A stretch of 64,000 nt of DNA from assembly GCF_006345805.1 (NCBI RefSeq), contig NC_043003.1:41726001-41790000 (forward strand), in the 5' to 3' direction. This document shows positions 12,751 to 25,716 of the stretch, one piece after another. A program made the translations under genes and the position numbers. The stretch's first letter is position 1. Every line of letters starts with the position of its first letter. This stretch comes from Octopus sinensis. Its lineage: Eukaryota. The notes below the pieces were generated by a model. It had not been told where the DNA came from, did not search any database, and was given only the letters and a program-made list of their open reading frames with translations.

Positions 12751-14159
12751 GGAAGAGAGTATCGATCAAGTAATTTACGCATGGTAAAGTTAGGATCACT
12801 CAATGTAACTGATTGTAGAGAGAAATTAGATATAGGTTACATTTAAAATAATCTTGTTGAGACATTGATAGTATAAAATTTAAAAATTTCAATTTAAATC
12901 ACCAAATCTGTCATTAGAAATTTGGTGATACGTGAAGGTATGTGGCCATGGGAAAAAATAATTTGCGATAGAAGTTTTGTCCGTTTACATTTGGTAAATT
13001 CGAAATAGCATGGTAAAATCAATTTCGTACACTTCAAAAATTGGGGGTAAATATAGATAGTTGATAAATTAACTCAAGAGAATAATTCTTTCGTGGAAGG
13101 ATCCTCTTAGCTTTAATGACAGATTTAGGAATAAGGAGTGTCATAAGAATACAAATACGCTATAACAATATAGCCAATGAAAGAAAACAGAAAAAAAGTG
13201 TATAGTTACAGTAGGATAGAAAGTGAAACCGGTAATTATTGCATATATTTGGGGTGTGTGGTGTCGGTTAATATCTCTTCATTTTTCATTTTCACATGAG
13301 CAGATTTCATGTCATGGATCTCACTATGAATTCACATTCTGTTATGAGAATACTGGATTCCACATATCTAATGACGATAATATATGGACGAGGAATACGG
13401 TTACGTGAGCAGCAAAATGTCATGGTTGCTTTCTTCTATTTCCCAAGTCCTCTTACGACAGTAGCAGAATCCCATTTTCACAGAAGCACGAGAAAGCCGA
13501 AAGATGAAACGCAACGTCAGGTGTCTGATTGTGGTTTCGGCAAATTTGAAACTTACAATGGAAAATACAATGGGGCTGGAAGTAGCAACAACAAAAAACT
13601 GAAATTTTATTGTCATAAAAGATACCCGACACATATGATACTCACTAAATGCATCCCGCGCACACACACACATACAGACACACAGGCATACACAAACACA
13701 CTCACATACAAACACACACAAGTTTGTACATTCATATATCGTGGTAGCTGCTCACTCTCCTGTGTTGAACCACCCTTTGAGATCACCTCTTTTAGGAAGC
13801 AGGTCTTGTGGTATTTGCTTACTAAGCTCAGGTTTTACTGGATTACATGGTTACAGTAGCAAATTTCTAGTTATCATATATTCAACTTCATGAAATGTTG
13901 GAACATAAACACGGTTAAATAGAAACATATACATGCACAAACTATTTACGTAAATTCACAAAAACACTTTCCTATGCATATAAACTTGCAGTTCATAAAT
14001 TCTCGCATATCACCCTAAATTCACTCAAACAGACGTTCACGAATGTATTTACAGTATATGTAATCACAGTGCCAGTTGTGTAAACCAAATCTGCCAAATA
14101 TTTTTGCCAAGATCTAGTCATGTCATTTTTTAAAACTTTTTTCCCCCTCATCACATACT

Positions 14160-15330
14160 TTATTCGGCAAACAAGAGAGGCGACAGAATATTTACATGTT
14201 ACACTCCACCCTCAGTTTTGAATTAACCGAGTGACCAGACTTCCTTGCCTTTCTCTCTTTCGATATTTTGCATCAATCAGTTAATTTATTTCCCAACAAA
14301 ATCATAATACTTTATCATACAATCTGTAACAATATGCAAAGGACTAAATGCTGTCACATATCTATAAAACCTATCATAAGAAGGAATATGAATTCAAGGT
14401 AGTTTTTACAGTATGTGCCTGTGGATTAATATCTAATCAATACACTTTAACGACTCAGTATTACTTATAAAGCATTCTTTACCGTATTCTTGCTAACAAA
14501 ACAAATCATTCAGTACCTTGCTGCTCATGTTTCACCCCGCTCTTCTTTCAAAGCTCTCTGAGCTTCCAATTTTCACTTCGTAACCATTCTCCCAACATTC
14601 CTGTCTTCAAGTTCAATATTTCATATGTTATGAATGGACTTCAATAACACTACTACAGTCACGGGTTGATGTCTTTTTCGAAGAAACTGTTCCACTTTTT
14701 AAGTGTTCAGTGGCCCTTCCCATTTCTTCCTCGGATATATAACGTTGCAAATTCTTCCATCACTTCTTGCACTTCGACCACTAACTGACAATTTCTTCTA
14801 TTAAATACCTTATTTCTGACTCTATTAAACATTCTTTCGATCTTTGTTAAATCTTCATATCAGGTGTCATTACTTCCACGGCAATATTCAACATAGTTGT
14901 TTTAATCTCTTTATTTTGGATGTAACCTTTTTATTATTCCAATACCTATTTTGGTTCATCTTCTAAATCCTGTACTCAATTATTTAACTACTTCATCATT
15001 TTCCATGCCGAAGCATTTTCTTTTATCTTTTCCTGAACACCATTTCAAATATTAAAACTCTATTATTTATTTATTCTCATTTTAAAATCTATCTCTCTCT
15101 TCCCTCGACAAATATAACCAATGTATTATTGATCCTTTCGTGCTTAAATAACTTACCATGTTCATCTGAAATCCATTTCCTTTTTATTTACCTTCTGCTT
15201 AGAACACTTGTATCTATATTCTTGTATATTTCGTTTACTTTGTTCCCAGTAGTATTGATGCCTACATCATCATTTTCAGATTCAAGCATGACAGACTGAT
15301 TTCGATATTCAATTACAAATTCATTTTAAT
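14160..15330 (-). pseudogene. highly decayed RTE-like LINE fragment
   Basis: The minus strand gives GV*HVNILSPLLFA (cf. GVxQGxxLSPLLF) at 14166-14207, plus faint upstream RT motifs. Many stops. Confidence 0.45.
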
Positions 15331-16104
15331 TCGATAATCCTTTAAATATTCTGCAACAAATCTGCTTATATCGTTGTTTTGCTTGGTAATGAAACATCAA
15401 AAACACAACGAATGCTATACAAACTTGACAAAACTGATAAATATTAATCAAACAAAGAATAGGAGAACTAAGGAATCGGATAGAAGAAATGCGTCATTCA
15501 GTGAACACATACAACAAGAATGATATAAGTGTAAACATCTAGGACTTTTGCAGAAATCAATGCGCCTTTACAAACTAATTTAATGAACGATTTATCACGG
15601 CAGATCAATCGAGTGTAATACTTTGAAATGTGTTGAAAAAAAGCGTACATACGATTCATAAGAAAATTAGATTGATACATCACTAGTAAGGAGTGGCTGA
15701 ATGTTTGAAAACCACTGTAGAGTAATCAAAATATATCCAATCGTTTTAAGTAATTGAAAATAGCACATTAAACTTCAAGGATCCAGCGGATCAATGCATT
15801 TTATGAGAAGAGAAATGGTTTGAGAAATAACGAACAAAGAAAAATATAGTAGATGCCTATATTTTGTCTGTTCTGTTCGCAAGTTGAAAACAAGACACTG
15901 CATCATATAGACTGAAACAGTATCAGGTTCCTGAAATGGGAAAGATCTGGAAATACATCATCAAAATAACACAGAACGAATTAATAATATTTATGACGGG
16001 AAAGAATCTGAAATAAAAGCGAAGAATAGAAAACGCTGGTAAGGGTACACAAAGTCATTTTCCCTCAAGTAGGGTTGGAGACAGTAGCTCAGCAATAATA
16101 TATA

Positions 16105-16319
16105 TATATATATGTGACCTCGTGTGTACCGTTGGCGATTTTTGTTTTCCTCTGTCTTTCCCTCTCTGGATCTTTCCTCCTCCTATGTTTCCGACGAAGA
16201 GCTCCGCTCGAAACGTTAAACCCTCCTTCGTTCCTTCTTTCCTGAGCGTCCAATAATACTATATTTGTTCCACGTCCTCACGTTGTTGTGTTTTTTTTTG
16301 CTTTCTTGTTTGGATTAAC

Positions 16320-16320
<1 letters not shown>
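16105..16320 (+). mobile_element. PLE-type terminal repeat fragment in (TA)n
   Basis: Contains a minimal type I HHR motif at 16187-16221 and is flanked by (TA)n. Confidence 0.6.
16187..16221 (+). ncRNA. minimal type I hammerhead ribozyme motif (U4C core variant)
   Basis: GTTT-CCGACGA-A-GAGC tcc GCTC-GAA-ACGT-T-AAAC: stem I 4 bp, stem II 4 bp, palindromic stem III, GUU site. Confidence 0.6.
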
Positions 16321-16370
<50 letters not shown>

Positions 16371-17410
16371 GGGTCATCCCATAAATAAAGTGGGTTTTTT
16401 TAATTAAGATTAACAAAATTCTTTTCTTTAATCTAAAATATATTCTCCTTCATTTTCTGCAATGCACTTCCATCTATCTGGTGAACTTGCAAGGTCCCTC
16501 TTCCAAAGTTCACTTGTCCGTGACGAAAAATAATCCTGCAGTACCGTTCTACCCTCGTCTGCAGAATTCATATTTTTTTGTCCAAATTATTTTGAAGACT
16601 GCCGAATAAATAATATTCAGATGGGGGCATTGTCCGGTGAATATAGTGGGTGAGGCATCGTTTCCCATTCAAATTGATCCAGTTTTCGAATGACATCCTC
16701 GCTGTATATGACCGAGCATTATCCTCAGAGAAGAACACCTTTCGTCTTCAAACCAAGGATGGTCGTTTTCCTTCTAGCGCTGACTTGAATGACCAAATCC
16801 AAACTCCTCTGTTAGTTCGTCAACAGTTACGATGGGATTTTGTTCCTCTAGTGTTTGCAGGACGTCCTCGTCGAGCATTGCAGATCTTTCAGGACAAGGC
16901 TCGTCTTCTAGTCTATAGTTTCCAGTTCGGAATTTCTGGAACCACCGTTGACATTGGCTTATGCTTATTGCCCGATGCCCATATACTGCATTAATATTCC
17001 TCGAACTTTCCTTACGTTGTTGCCTTAATTGAACTCATGAAGCAAAATATGCGAATTATGCTCCTTTTTCACTTTCAGTACAGCTTTGAAAAAGCAACCG
17101 TTAAATTCGAATAGGAGACCCTTCAAAACTTATAATAAGAATATGTACAACATAAAATTACGACCTGCTTGTATAGCAGGTTGATGCAGGTAGTGAAACT
17201 AGAGTGTGTGCTACCCGGGGTAGCCCATCCTTTTACTGACCCCGGACCACACACAAAAACCACATATTGCCTATAACAGACCCAAAAGTACCACCAGGGG
17301 CGGACCAGACCTACAACCCCGCCCATCTACATTAGTGGGTAGTTTATCCAGTCCCCATCAACTTTTAGTTCATGCAATTGATAATAACCGCATTATTTAT
17401 GAGATGATTC
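16371..17410 (-). mobile_element. mariner DNA transposon, internally deleted and degenerate
   Basis: Imperfect TIRs gggtcatcccataaataa and ttatttatgagatgattc flanked by TA. The minus strand gives the N-terminus (EHNSHILLHEFN..), WETMPHPLYSPDNAP and the C-terminus DRWKCIAENEGEYILD. The central catalytic region is missing. Confidence 0.88.
17195..17337 (-). mobile_element. 143-bp insertion within the mariner, with a Helitron-like 3' end
   Basis: Flanked by a duplicated GGTAGT (17189-94 and 17338-43). The minus strand ends GCTACC-ccg-GGTAGC-acacact-CTAG-T. Confidence 0.55.
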
Positions 17411-17680
17411 TATATAAATATAAGTGTGTGTGTGTGTGTGTATGCATATATATGCGTATATTGAATATGATTATCAATGTGCGTCTATCTGCGGGTGTAT
17501 AACTACGTGTATTTGTTTGTAAGCAAGAAGTACGATAGTACCTATATGAATGGACTAACATACATGTGTATGTGTAACGATATTATTGCTGCTAAGCCAC
17601 TGTCTCCAACTCAACATATATATAGACAAACAGACGCACACACACACACAACACACACACACACACATATATATACACAC

Positions 17681-17729
<49 letters not shown>

Positions 17730-19032
17730 CAATAAAAGGCTTCCAAATTGGAAAGCGTTGTGCTAGAACACAAAAAAGGGATAAATTCACGAAAGGAATG
17801 AAAATTAAAAACATTTACCATCTCAACTATATCCCAGACCGACGGCTTCTAACTATTTCCAGCAAAAAAATATTTGCTGAAGGCAAATTTCTTCAGTGGG
17901 ACAGCCTTCATAATTCTGACGTACAGACTGCTAGATCCACATGTAGAGCTAACGGTTTGTAAATCCTAACTTTTCAAACTTCTGCGCAGACGCTAATTAT
18001 ACCCGGCGACAGAGAGGATGCCGGTAAAAATTTCGAACGAATTTATCAAACAATATTTAAACATAATAAAATAGAGTAATAATAAATTATTATTATTACC
18101 AGTGGCCTAGCACAAAAAAAACGAATTAGTCATTAGACTATATATTATTCATATAGAAATACAATAAGAGGCTTCCAAATAGGAAAGCGTTGTGCTGGAA
18201 ATAGTTAGAAACCGTCGGTCTGAGATATTGTTGAGATGGTAAATGTTTTAAATTTTCATTCCTTTCGCGAATTTATCCCTTTTTTGTGTTCTAGCACAAC
18301 ACTAGCAGAGAATTTAAAAGGAATTCAAGATACCTGCTAGAAATTTACGCAATAATTGGCCACTTTAAATCACGTTTTATTATCATCTTTTTTTTAACTA
18401 TATGTTTTTTTAAACTATATTAACAACTTAGTTTTTTTCCTTTTGTCGGTTTTCCGGAGGATGATAAACATCCTGTCTGTCATTGGATAGTGCATATTGT
18501 AATGTAGATTATCAGTCGCTGTCAATTAGTGAATTAGTCTTATTATACGTTGTGGTATTTTAGCGACAACAATTATCATGGGAAGGAAACCTATTTCATG
18601 GTATCAGTTTACAAACGTGCTTCTTGTCTCCGAAAGGCAGCTGAAAATGTGACCTGCAATTGTCTATGGGTGACCAACCGATGATGGTATAATCAGATTA
18701 TTAGCTACTAAAAACTTGCAGTTCATTAAATTCCGTCCCTATGGTCACTGCAAAAGACAGGTATTCTATCCGATTTCAGGATGCGCAGTGCTGATGGAAT
18801 TGATATTTGCACTTTCTCATAGAGGAAAATTTTAGAATTGTGTCCTTCAAGTAAGTAAGATACGATTCAGTGAGGAATACTTCGTGTGATAGAGGGCAAG
18901 TCATTTGCAGGAACTCGAAGCTTCCACATAAAACAAGACAGGTTTGGGAATTTTCCTTGACCTAACACCAGATTGAGTTTGCGTTGTATCTTCCTTTAGC
19001 GTCTTTGTCTACCATGCCCGACAAAGATATTG

Positions 19033-19127
19033 TGATGGTAACAGTGTGTATCTACTGAGCTATTTGATGGTAACAGTGTGTATCTACTGAGCTATTTGAT
19101 GGTAACAGTGTGTATCTACTGAGCTAT
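19033..19127 (+). repeat. 32-bp tandem repeat, three copies
   Basis: tgatggtaacagtgtgtatctactgagctatt at 19033, 19065 and 19097. Confidence 0.95.
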
Positions 19128-20461
19128 CAATTTGTTCGATTTTACACATTCTAAAAAACTTCAAACATCTTACAAAATGATCGGTAGATATGATAAAAAT
19201 ACAGGAGCGATAGTCACCCTATTTATGAATATCAATAATACGTGTGTACTTCGGAATACGAGTATACTTCGGAATGCGATGTACACTTGCGCTACGCTAT
19301 TCACTCTACTACATATGCAGAACGTGCCCCGAGGCACTTTCCATTGGTCATCGAAATGCTAACATAGCCACTTGTAACGCAATAAATGAAGAAGGAGGAG
19401 AAGGAGGAGGAGGAAGAGCGGGAGGTGGAGGAAATGTGGATACTACGTAAAATTGAATATCTTTCCAATTATGAATTCACGCACACACGCAAACATACGT
19501 TTGTATACATATATGTGTATTATGTAAAATACACATACACACACACACACACATACATGTATGCATATGCTTTTATATAAATCTATACACATTCATATAC
19601 AGTAATATACTAGAAAATATTTTTCAATCACCTGATTGACAACGCGTTTCATTAATAAGATTGATCTGCCATAATGCCTTCTGATGTAAGAGATGACAGA
19701 TACTTCAAAGTCACTCATATTGTTAACAATGATACTTCAGTTCACGACACGTTCAAGTCCTTACAACTTCCTACTAAACACACATATGTGTGTGTGTGTT
19801 TTATTTATAAACATATTGTTCATATCTGTGTGTAACGACATATGTATAGGTTTATATGTGAAGTGGATCTGTGTGTATATATAATTTGTACATACGAATT
19901 ACATATAAACACTAACTTTTAGTATATCTAGACAAGAAAATTGAAAAAGTGTAATCATATCATAGTATATTTTACGCTGTTATATAACTTATCTCATTTA
20001 TCTTTATTATATAATATCCAAAACTCAAAAAAATTCTTGTAAAAAGTTTGTGACGTATAAAAGTGAGATATGTTTAAAAATACATTTCCAGAAATTTGAA
20101 TCATGCCGAATTGTTTTGCAAATAAGCACTTATGGAAATATTATATATCTCAAAACATTCACTGAAGTATGTAGTTACTGGAATGAGACAACAGAAATGC
20201 ACACAGGAGTTTGAATCGCTTGCAAAACTAAATATCTACTAAAGTATTTTTTTTTCTCTATTTATATATTTATGTATGCTTTTTCTTTGAGTTTTATTTA
20301 AGTTCTTGAGAGAGTTGAACGGTCGCTAACAAAGCGTCAAGACTTTTTGAGTTAAAAGGTGTGGCTTATGTTTGTAAATATATGTTTAATTTTGGTGGGG
20401 GGTAGTTGAACTGTCGATACATACATACAAGTATGTGCATCTATTCACATAACAATCTTAG

Positions 20462-20683
20462 AGAATTTTTGGAATGTCTTACAAATCTTCAGTGTACCAT
20501 TATGACATTGGATTTGGAGAATCCGCCAGTTTCATTGGCTCTTTCTCCGTGCTAAATAGTATAACTAGGTTTCTATGTATGGCGTTATTCAGTTTATTTC
20601 AAGATCTCTTGCCGATAGAGAAAGAACTGATTTCTAACCTATATCCATGGTTTCTTCATTGGAATTTCAACATCAACAACAAG
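20462..20683 (+). CDS. candidate coding exon of an unidentified gene
   Basis: TAG acceptor at 20459-61 and AAG|gtattt donor. 74 open codons (RIFGMSYKSSVYHYDIGFGESASFIGSFSVLNSITRFLCMALF...NLYPWFLHWNFNINNK), phase 0-0. Confidence 0.38.
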
Positions 20684-20694
20684 GTATTTTTGCT

Positions 20695-20830
20695 TGTATG
20701 TATGTATGTATGTATGTATGTATGTATGTATGTATGTATGTATGTATGTATGTATGTATGTATGTACGTATGTACGTATGTATGTATGTATGTATGTATG
20801 TATATATGTACGTATGTTTGTATGTTTTAC
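20695..20830 (+). repeat. (TATG)n microsatellite
   Basis: Direct reading. Confidence 0.9.
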
Positions 20831-21234
20831 GTATGTATTTTCATGCATATATTTACATAACTAGTCAAGCTCATATATATTAAACTCATAAAGTCCTGCA
20901 AAGTTTTATAGATTTTTACAACGTATGTATGTAAAAAAGGTTGGCTGCAACATTGACTTTGAAGGAATGATACTTGATCTGTGAAAGCTTGCATGCATTA
21001 ATTTCAAATTCCCTTATGGATACCTTCATTCTTTTTTTTCTGGTAATATGACATCTGACTATTCGAGGAAGATTTCGAATGTAACTGGTGATGACTTCTC
21101 TTCAAAAATGACAAAATGCATTTTATTACTTGTTCCAACTCTTTACATTCTGAGTTGAAACCCCGCCGCGTTCATATGTGTTTTTCATCATTCTGGGGTC
21201 TATGATAACGGTTTTAAATGTTGGCACATAACCA

Positions 21235-21423
21235 GCAAGTTCGAGGAATGGGTAAGTCGAGTACATTGACTCAAGAGCTCAACTAGTATTTTTTTTTTAT
21301 TGACCTCGAAATGATGAAAGGAAAAGTTGATCTCAGCAGAATTTGAACTTAGATTGTAAAGACGGACGAATTGCCGCTAAGCAATTTGCCCTATGTGCGA
21401 CCGATTCTGTCAAGACCCTGCCT
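21235..21423 (-). mobile_element. diverged SINE
   Basis: gatgaaaggaaaagttgatctcagcagaatttgaacttag...gccgctaagc. Confidence 0.7.
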
Positions 21424-21526
21424 TCTCTACGGTCGATAATGTTGACAGACAATACTCTAGGCTGCTATCTCTTTTAAAATCAAGGCCGCTATATATGAGA
21501 AACTATAGTTTTATTTCTGTGTAAAG

Positions 21527-21927
21527 ATTTTAGGCAAATAAGTAATAAATTTAGCATAGTATCTGTCAATGAATTTTTGCCATGGCTTTTCAAGTTGTAT
21601 GGTGGAATTAGATTTTTCTATCGAAGATATACTTGTATTCTGAACGACACTAAACGGTCAGAATTGGATTTTAAAAAAGTATGACTTTCTGACGCTTACT
21701 TACTTCAGTGTTTAAACTTGTCAACAGAATATAATAACATATTTTGAAACCCAAAGTAAAATTATGCTCTTAAGTTCGATATAAATGTTTTGGGTTGACC
21801 ATAGAGCCATCGATGAGGTCAAATAATTAGAAGACCTTTGTAATTTTTCTCTCAAAAAATATCCTGAAGTCATAATTACAAATGATTCAGTGTTGAAACA
21901 TTTGTCTAATGCGAATAAGTCAAAAAC
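21527..21927 (+). repeat. 401-bp local duplication, copy 1
   Basis: Differs from 25717-26116 by three substitutions and one 1-nt indel. Confidence 0.95.
21534..21678 (+). CDS. candidate coding exon within the duplicated block
   Basis: ttttag acceptor and AAA|gtatga donor. 48 open codons: QISNKFSIVSVNEFLPWLFKLYGGIRFFYRRYTCILNDTKRSELDFKK. Confidence 0.3.
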
Positions 21928-23347
21928 AATACTTTCCATAAGTTAAAGCCAAATCTGAGTTGTAAAACAGTATCTTCACAAAAAGAAATACAACGAACAG
22001 ACATTACATAATTTTGCCTAAATTCAATGTGTTAAGTGGAACTGACAAAATTTAGATTGCATTAAAATAGTGTAGCTACCAGATGGACAAATGCTTTAAA
22101 AGGTTACATGCGATTTCTTAAGAAGTGATTATATAGAGATTTTGTTTCTAAATACATATAAAACACTACTAAAACAGGTCAAAAAATAAATGCTGATCAA
22201 CAGTTGCAATACACATAATTATCAAATTTCAATAAACACTTAAAACCAGTAGCTAGTCCATCCAAATCACTAACTTTTAATGTCTTAGAATTTTTAGTTA
22301 AACTATTAACGCAGAAAGAGAATCTTACTCTCAAACAATTATTTCTGACATGGTTTTAGAAGTTTAAAATATTTTTAGACGGATTCTAAAATTAATCGTT
22401 TGATACAGAGAGTGTCGTATGAATAGAAAATTTGAGAAAGCCTATTTTGCCCACTCTGTGGAAGTGCAATTTGGCATTTGTTATAAAGAGTATTATGCCA
22501 AAAGCTCAAAGTTATTTTATACTCAATCTTTATATCTTGTTAGGTAAGTACTGCAATTGCGCTTTAGATCAAATATCAAATCCTTCTCAGTTCTTTATTG
22601 TAAATATGTGGTAAATACTGTTAGCTCTAATGATTTAAGGAACGCGAATACATATATTTCGTTGAGAATACATTGTAATATAGTTTCTTTTTTGAGTGTC
22701 CAGGTATATTCAGGCGTTTTCGGTTTCCTAGATATTTGCTATTTTGTTTAAAATTTAATTGGCCATTTTCTGTTGCGTAAAAGGGGAAACCATTGGAAAG
22801 ATCTCTTTCGGAATAGGGGTATTTACAGGTAGAGTTGTGTAGAGTGTTTCGCGAGTAAGGAGTAATAAGACAGACAAAAAGGGGAAAAAATTAATGGCAT
22901 ATGAAGGACCTATAAAGTACGAGTAACCAATTGGCAATGTAAATGTTGCACAAGATAAAAGACCAGCATATAATGGATCAGTGTTTTATAGGTTATGGTG
23001 TTATTGAATAAAATATATATCAGCAAGTAAGATGACATTTTTTTATTGTGGGCTGGAATACTTTTATCTGCTACTTCTATAATGTTGCGGGTATGTGTGA
23101 ACGTTACGCGACAACTGTTCACATGACATTTTATATCAACACACATATACAATCCGATCCTATATACCATAGCACAAATATATATATATATATATATACA
23201 TTGATAAATATAAAGACCTGCATACATATAATATACGTACACACATATACATATATATGTGTATAATATATGCATATATATGTATGCATGAATATAATTA
23301 TATACATATATAAATACCTATACATGTATATAGATATACACATAGAG

Positions 23348-23384
<37 letters not shown>

Positions 23385-23393
23385 TATATATAT

Positions 23394-23430
<37 letters not shown>

Positions 23431-24323
23431 TATATAAAACATCAGTAGCCTTGTTGCTCACTGAAGGAAGAAAGCAGATTTTCGTTGAAGTGTGATACGC
23501 TTCATGAACGAAAATCTAACACTTTAAATCAGTTATACATCTTTACAGCAAATAAGGAAAGAAATGTATATGTGGTTCTCTGTATGCAGTTCGGTATTTG
23601 TACACACAGACATAAATTTATGGGGTTATTTTTTGCGTGTGTGGGATCTATCTTGCGCATGTGGTTCTATAGGACATTTGAAAGAATTAACATTTTGGAA
23701 ATATGTTGTTTGTACAACATTCGATAATTACATACAGACACATCCTACATAGAATGTATTGTGCAGTAGAGAGGAATACATTGTTTGTAAATCATTGACA
23801 TATGCACTAAGAACACGAAATAAAACTGCATGTAAACAATAATCTACCTTTATGTATAATCCAGCGTTTGGTATGCTCTCAATAAGTAATCCATTTGTCT
23901 GTCACATGAAAATATCCAATCGCCATCTAATAAATAGCTCTGAAATGTCATAGTTCTTACAGTGAACATGAAGGACACTTAACGCTAAGGTATTCAGTAA
24001 ATGCTCTTCTTACAGTTTACTAAGGACTCAGTTAATCTTGTATTTGTAAGTATACACATTCTGTATGTATATATTATGTAAGCATGTGCGTATATGTACA
24101 CATAGTATTTAAAGAACATATGCATTCATACTTATATAATGTCGTTACGAATATCAGGCTAGACAAGTCGCTAATACATTTCAGAAAAGCATAGACAATA
24201 TCTTAAAACCAAATGTTTCTCCTGCTTTAAAAGAAGGATTAAAATGCTTACATAAGAACCGTGTTAGCCCTCCGGTACTCTTAATGACTGAGACGCGAAG
24301 GGATAGATGGTATATATATGTAT

Positions 24324-24328
24324 GTCTG

Positions 24329-24401
<73 letters not shown>

Positions 24402-24420
24402 TTATCTATCTACCTATATA
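24324..24420 (+). repeat. (TATC)n microsatellite
   Basis: Direct reading. Confidence 0.9.
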
Positions 24421-24797
24421 TCTTTCTATATATATAATATATATATATATATATTATATATATATATACATGCATTATATGCATACACACTTATATATAC
24501 ATATATGCATAGATTCACAAAAACACAACATATTTATTTGTGCGTAAGTGTGTGTGCGCGTGTGTATATTGTGTGAGTGAGTGTGAGCGTGTGTGCATGT
24601 ATAATGAAGTTATGGTTAATTGCATCGAATAGTGAGAAATAACCTAGAACTACATAAGGTAAATGTCATCCAGTGAGTAAATCCTGAGTTCGCTTCGTGG
24701 TATCATCAACCGTTCACTGTGTGTATATCCAAAACAAATTCAAATAAATAAGGGTAATTGCATATCTATATAATTTTTAGAAATGTCAGTCTACTTT

Positions 24798-24990
24798 AAG
24801 GGCGGCGAACTGACAGAATCGTTAGTACACTGGGCAAAATGTTCAGTGGTATTTCGCTCGTCTTTAACGTACCGAGTTCAAATTCTGCCCAGGTCAACTT
24901 TGCCTTTCATCCTTTCGGAGTCGATGTAATCGACAATCTCCCTACCCAAGTTTCAGGCCTTGTGACTAAAGTAGAAAAGATTATTACAGT
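24798..24990 (+). mobile_element. tRNA-derived SINE
   Basis: ggcggcgaactgacagaatcgttag...gagttcaaattctgcccaggtcaactttgcctttcatcc. Confidence 0.85.
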
Positions 24991-25716
24991 CGACTTTGCC
25001 TGTCATCATCTCGCTGTCAATAAACACTGGGATCGATATAATCAACTGCCCCACTCCTCCTAAACTGAATTTCATACTTTCGATTACGTAACTCTCCGCC
25101 CCTCCTATAATTTTCCATTGTATATCAAAGTTAGCGTTTCTATACTTTATGGACGAAATAATCCCATTTCAGCTTGTACTATGCGTCTTCTCTTTATTCT
25201 TGAAAGAATTTAAGGCAATTCTTTATCTCGCAATGTAGGTAGTGGAGCATAACGTATATAACAGTATGACACCCCACCTGACGTAACCCTACAATCTGTA
25301 CACTATATTTTTCCTCATATACTGTGCGTTGATAGAGCAAATATTCTTGCTATAGCTACAAATAGTTTTACTGATATTAATTTTACCTTTGCTAATGAGA
25401 TTAGGCTCAGATACCTCCTTCATATCTGTACCCAACGATATACTAGTGTTTACATTTAGGATCTTGTTCCGAATTTGCCCATACCTTTCACTCGCATTGA
25501 CATCAATTGCACTGTTTCAAAATTCAACTAGGTCTCCTATTTATCTGTTCCGCTCGTTGTCCTTTGTTGTTAACATCATGATTATTACTTGTGTTATCTA
25601 TTTCAATAGAGTTTTTTTTTATTATGGGATTCACATGTAATAACACAAGCTGTGTAGATGTATAATTCTCCTTATTTGTTTCAGTTGTCATATACGTGTG
25701 TGTGTGTGTAAAATAT

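Noticed and set aside
11826-13404. Faint resemblance of the joined candidate exons to a CatSper auxiliary subunit
   Set aside because: Only scattered residues match from memory, and the motif spacing is inconsistent. It cannot be supported without a search.
13296-13859. 187-aa ORF as a stand-alone gene
   Set aside because: The C-terminal third runs through a (CA)n tract, no domain is recognised, and two alternative exon frames fit equally well.
15883-16038. Exon with a strong acceptor and a gtaagg donor
   Set aside because: It has stops in all three frames, so it is not supportable as coding.
19033-19127. 32-bp repeats as a CRISPR array
   Set aside because: The units are contiguous with no spacers, there are no cas genes, and the context is eukaryotic.
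21704-21906. Minus-strand exon in the duplicated block, with a perfect GTAAGT donor
   Set aside because: No frame stays open to the donor. It is kept only as a reminder that the strand of the candidate gene is unresolved.
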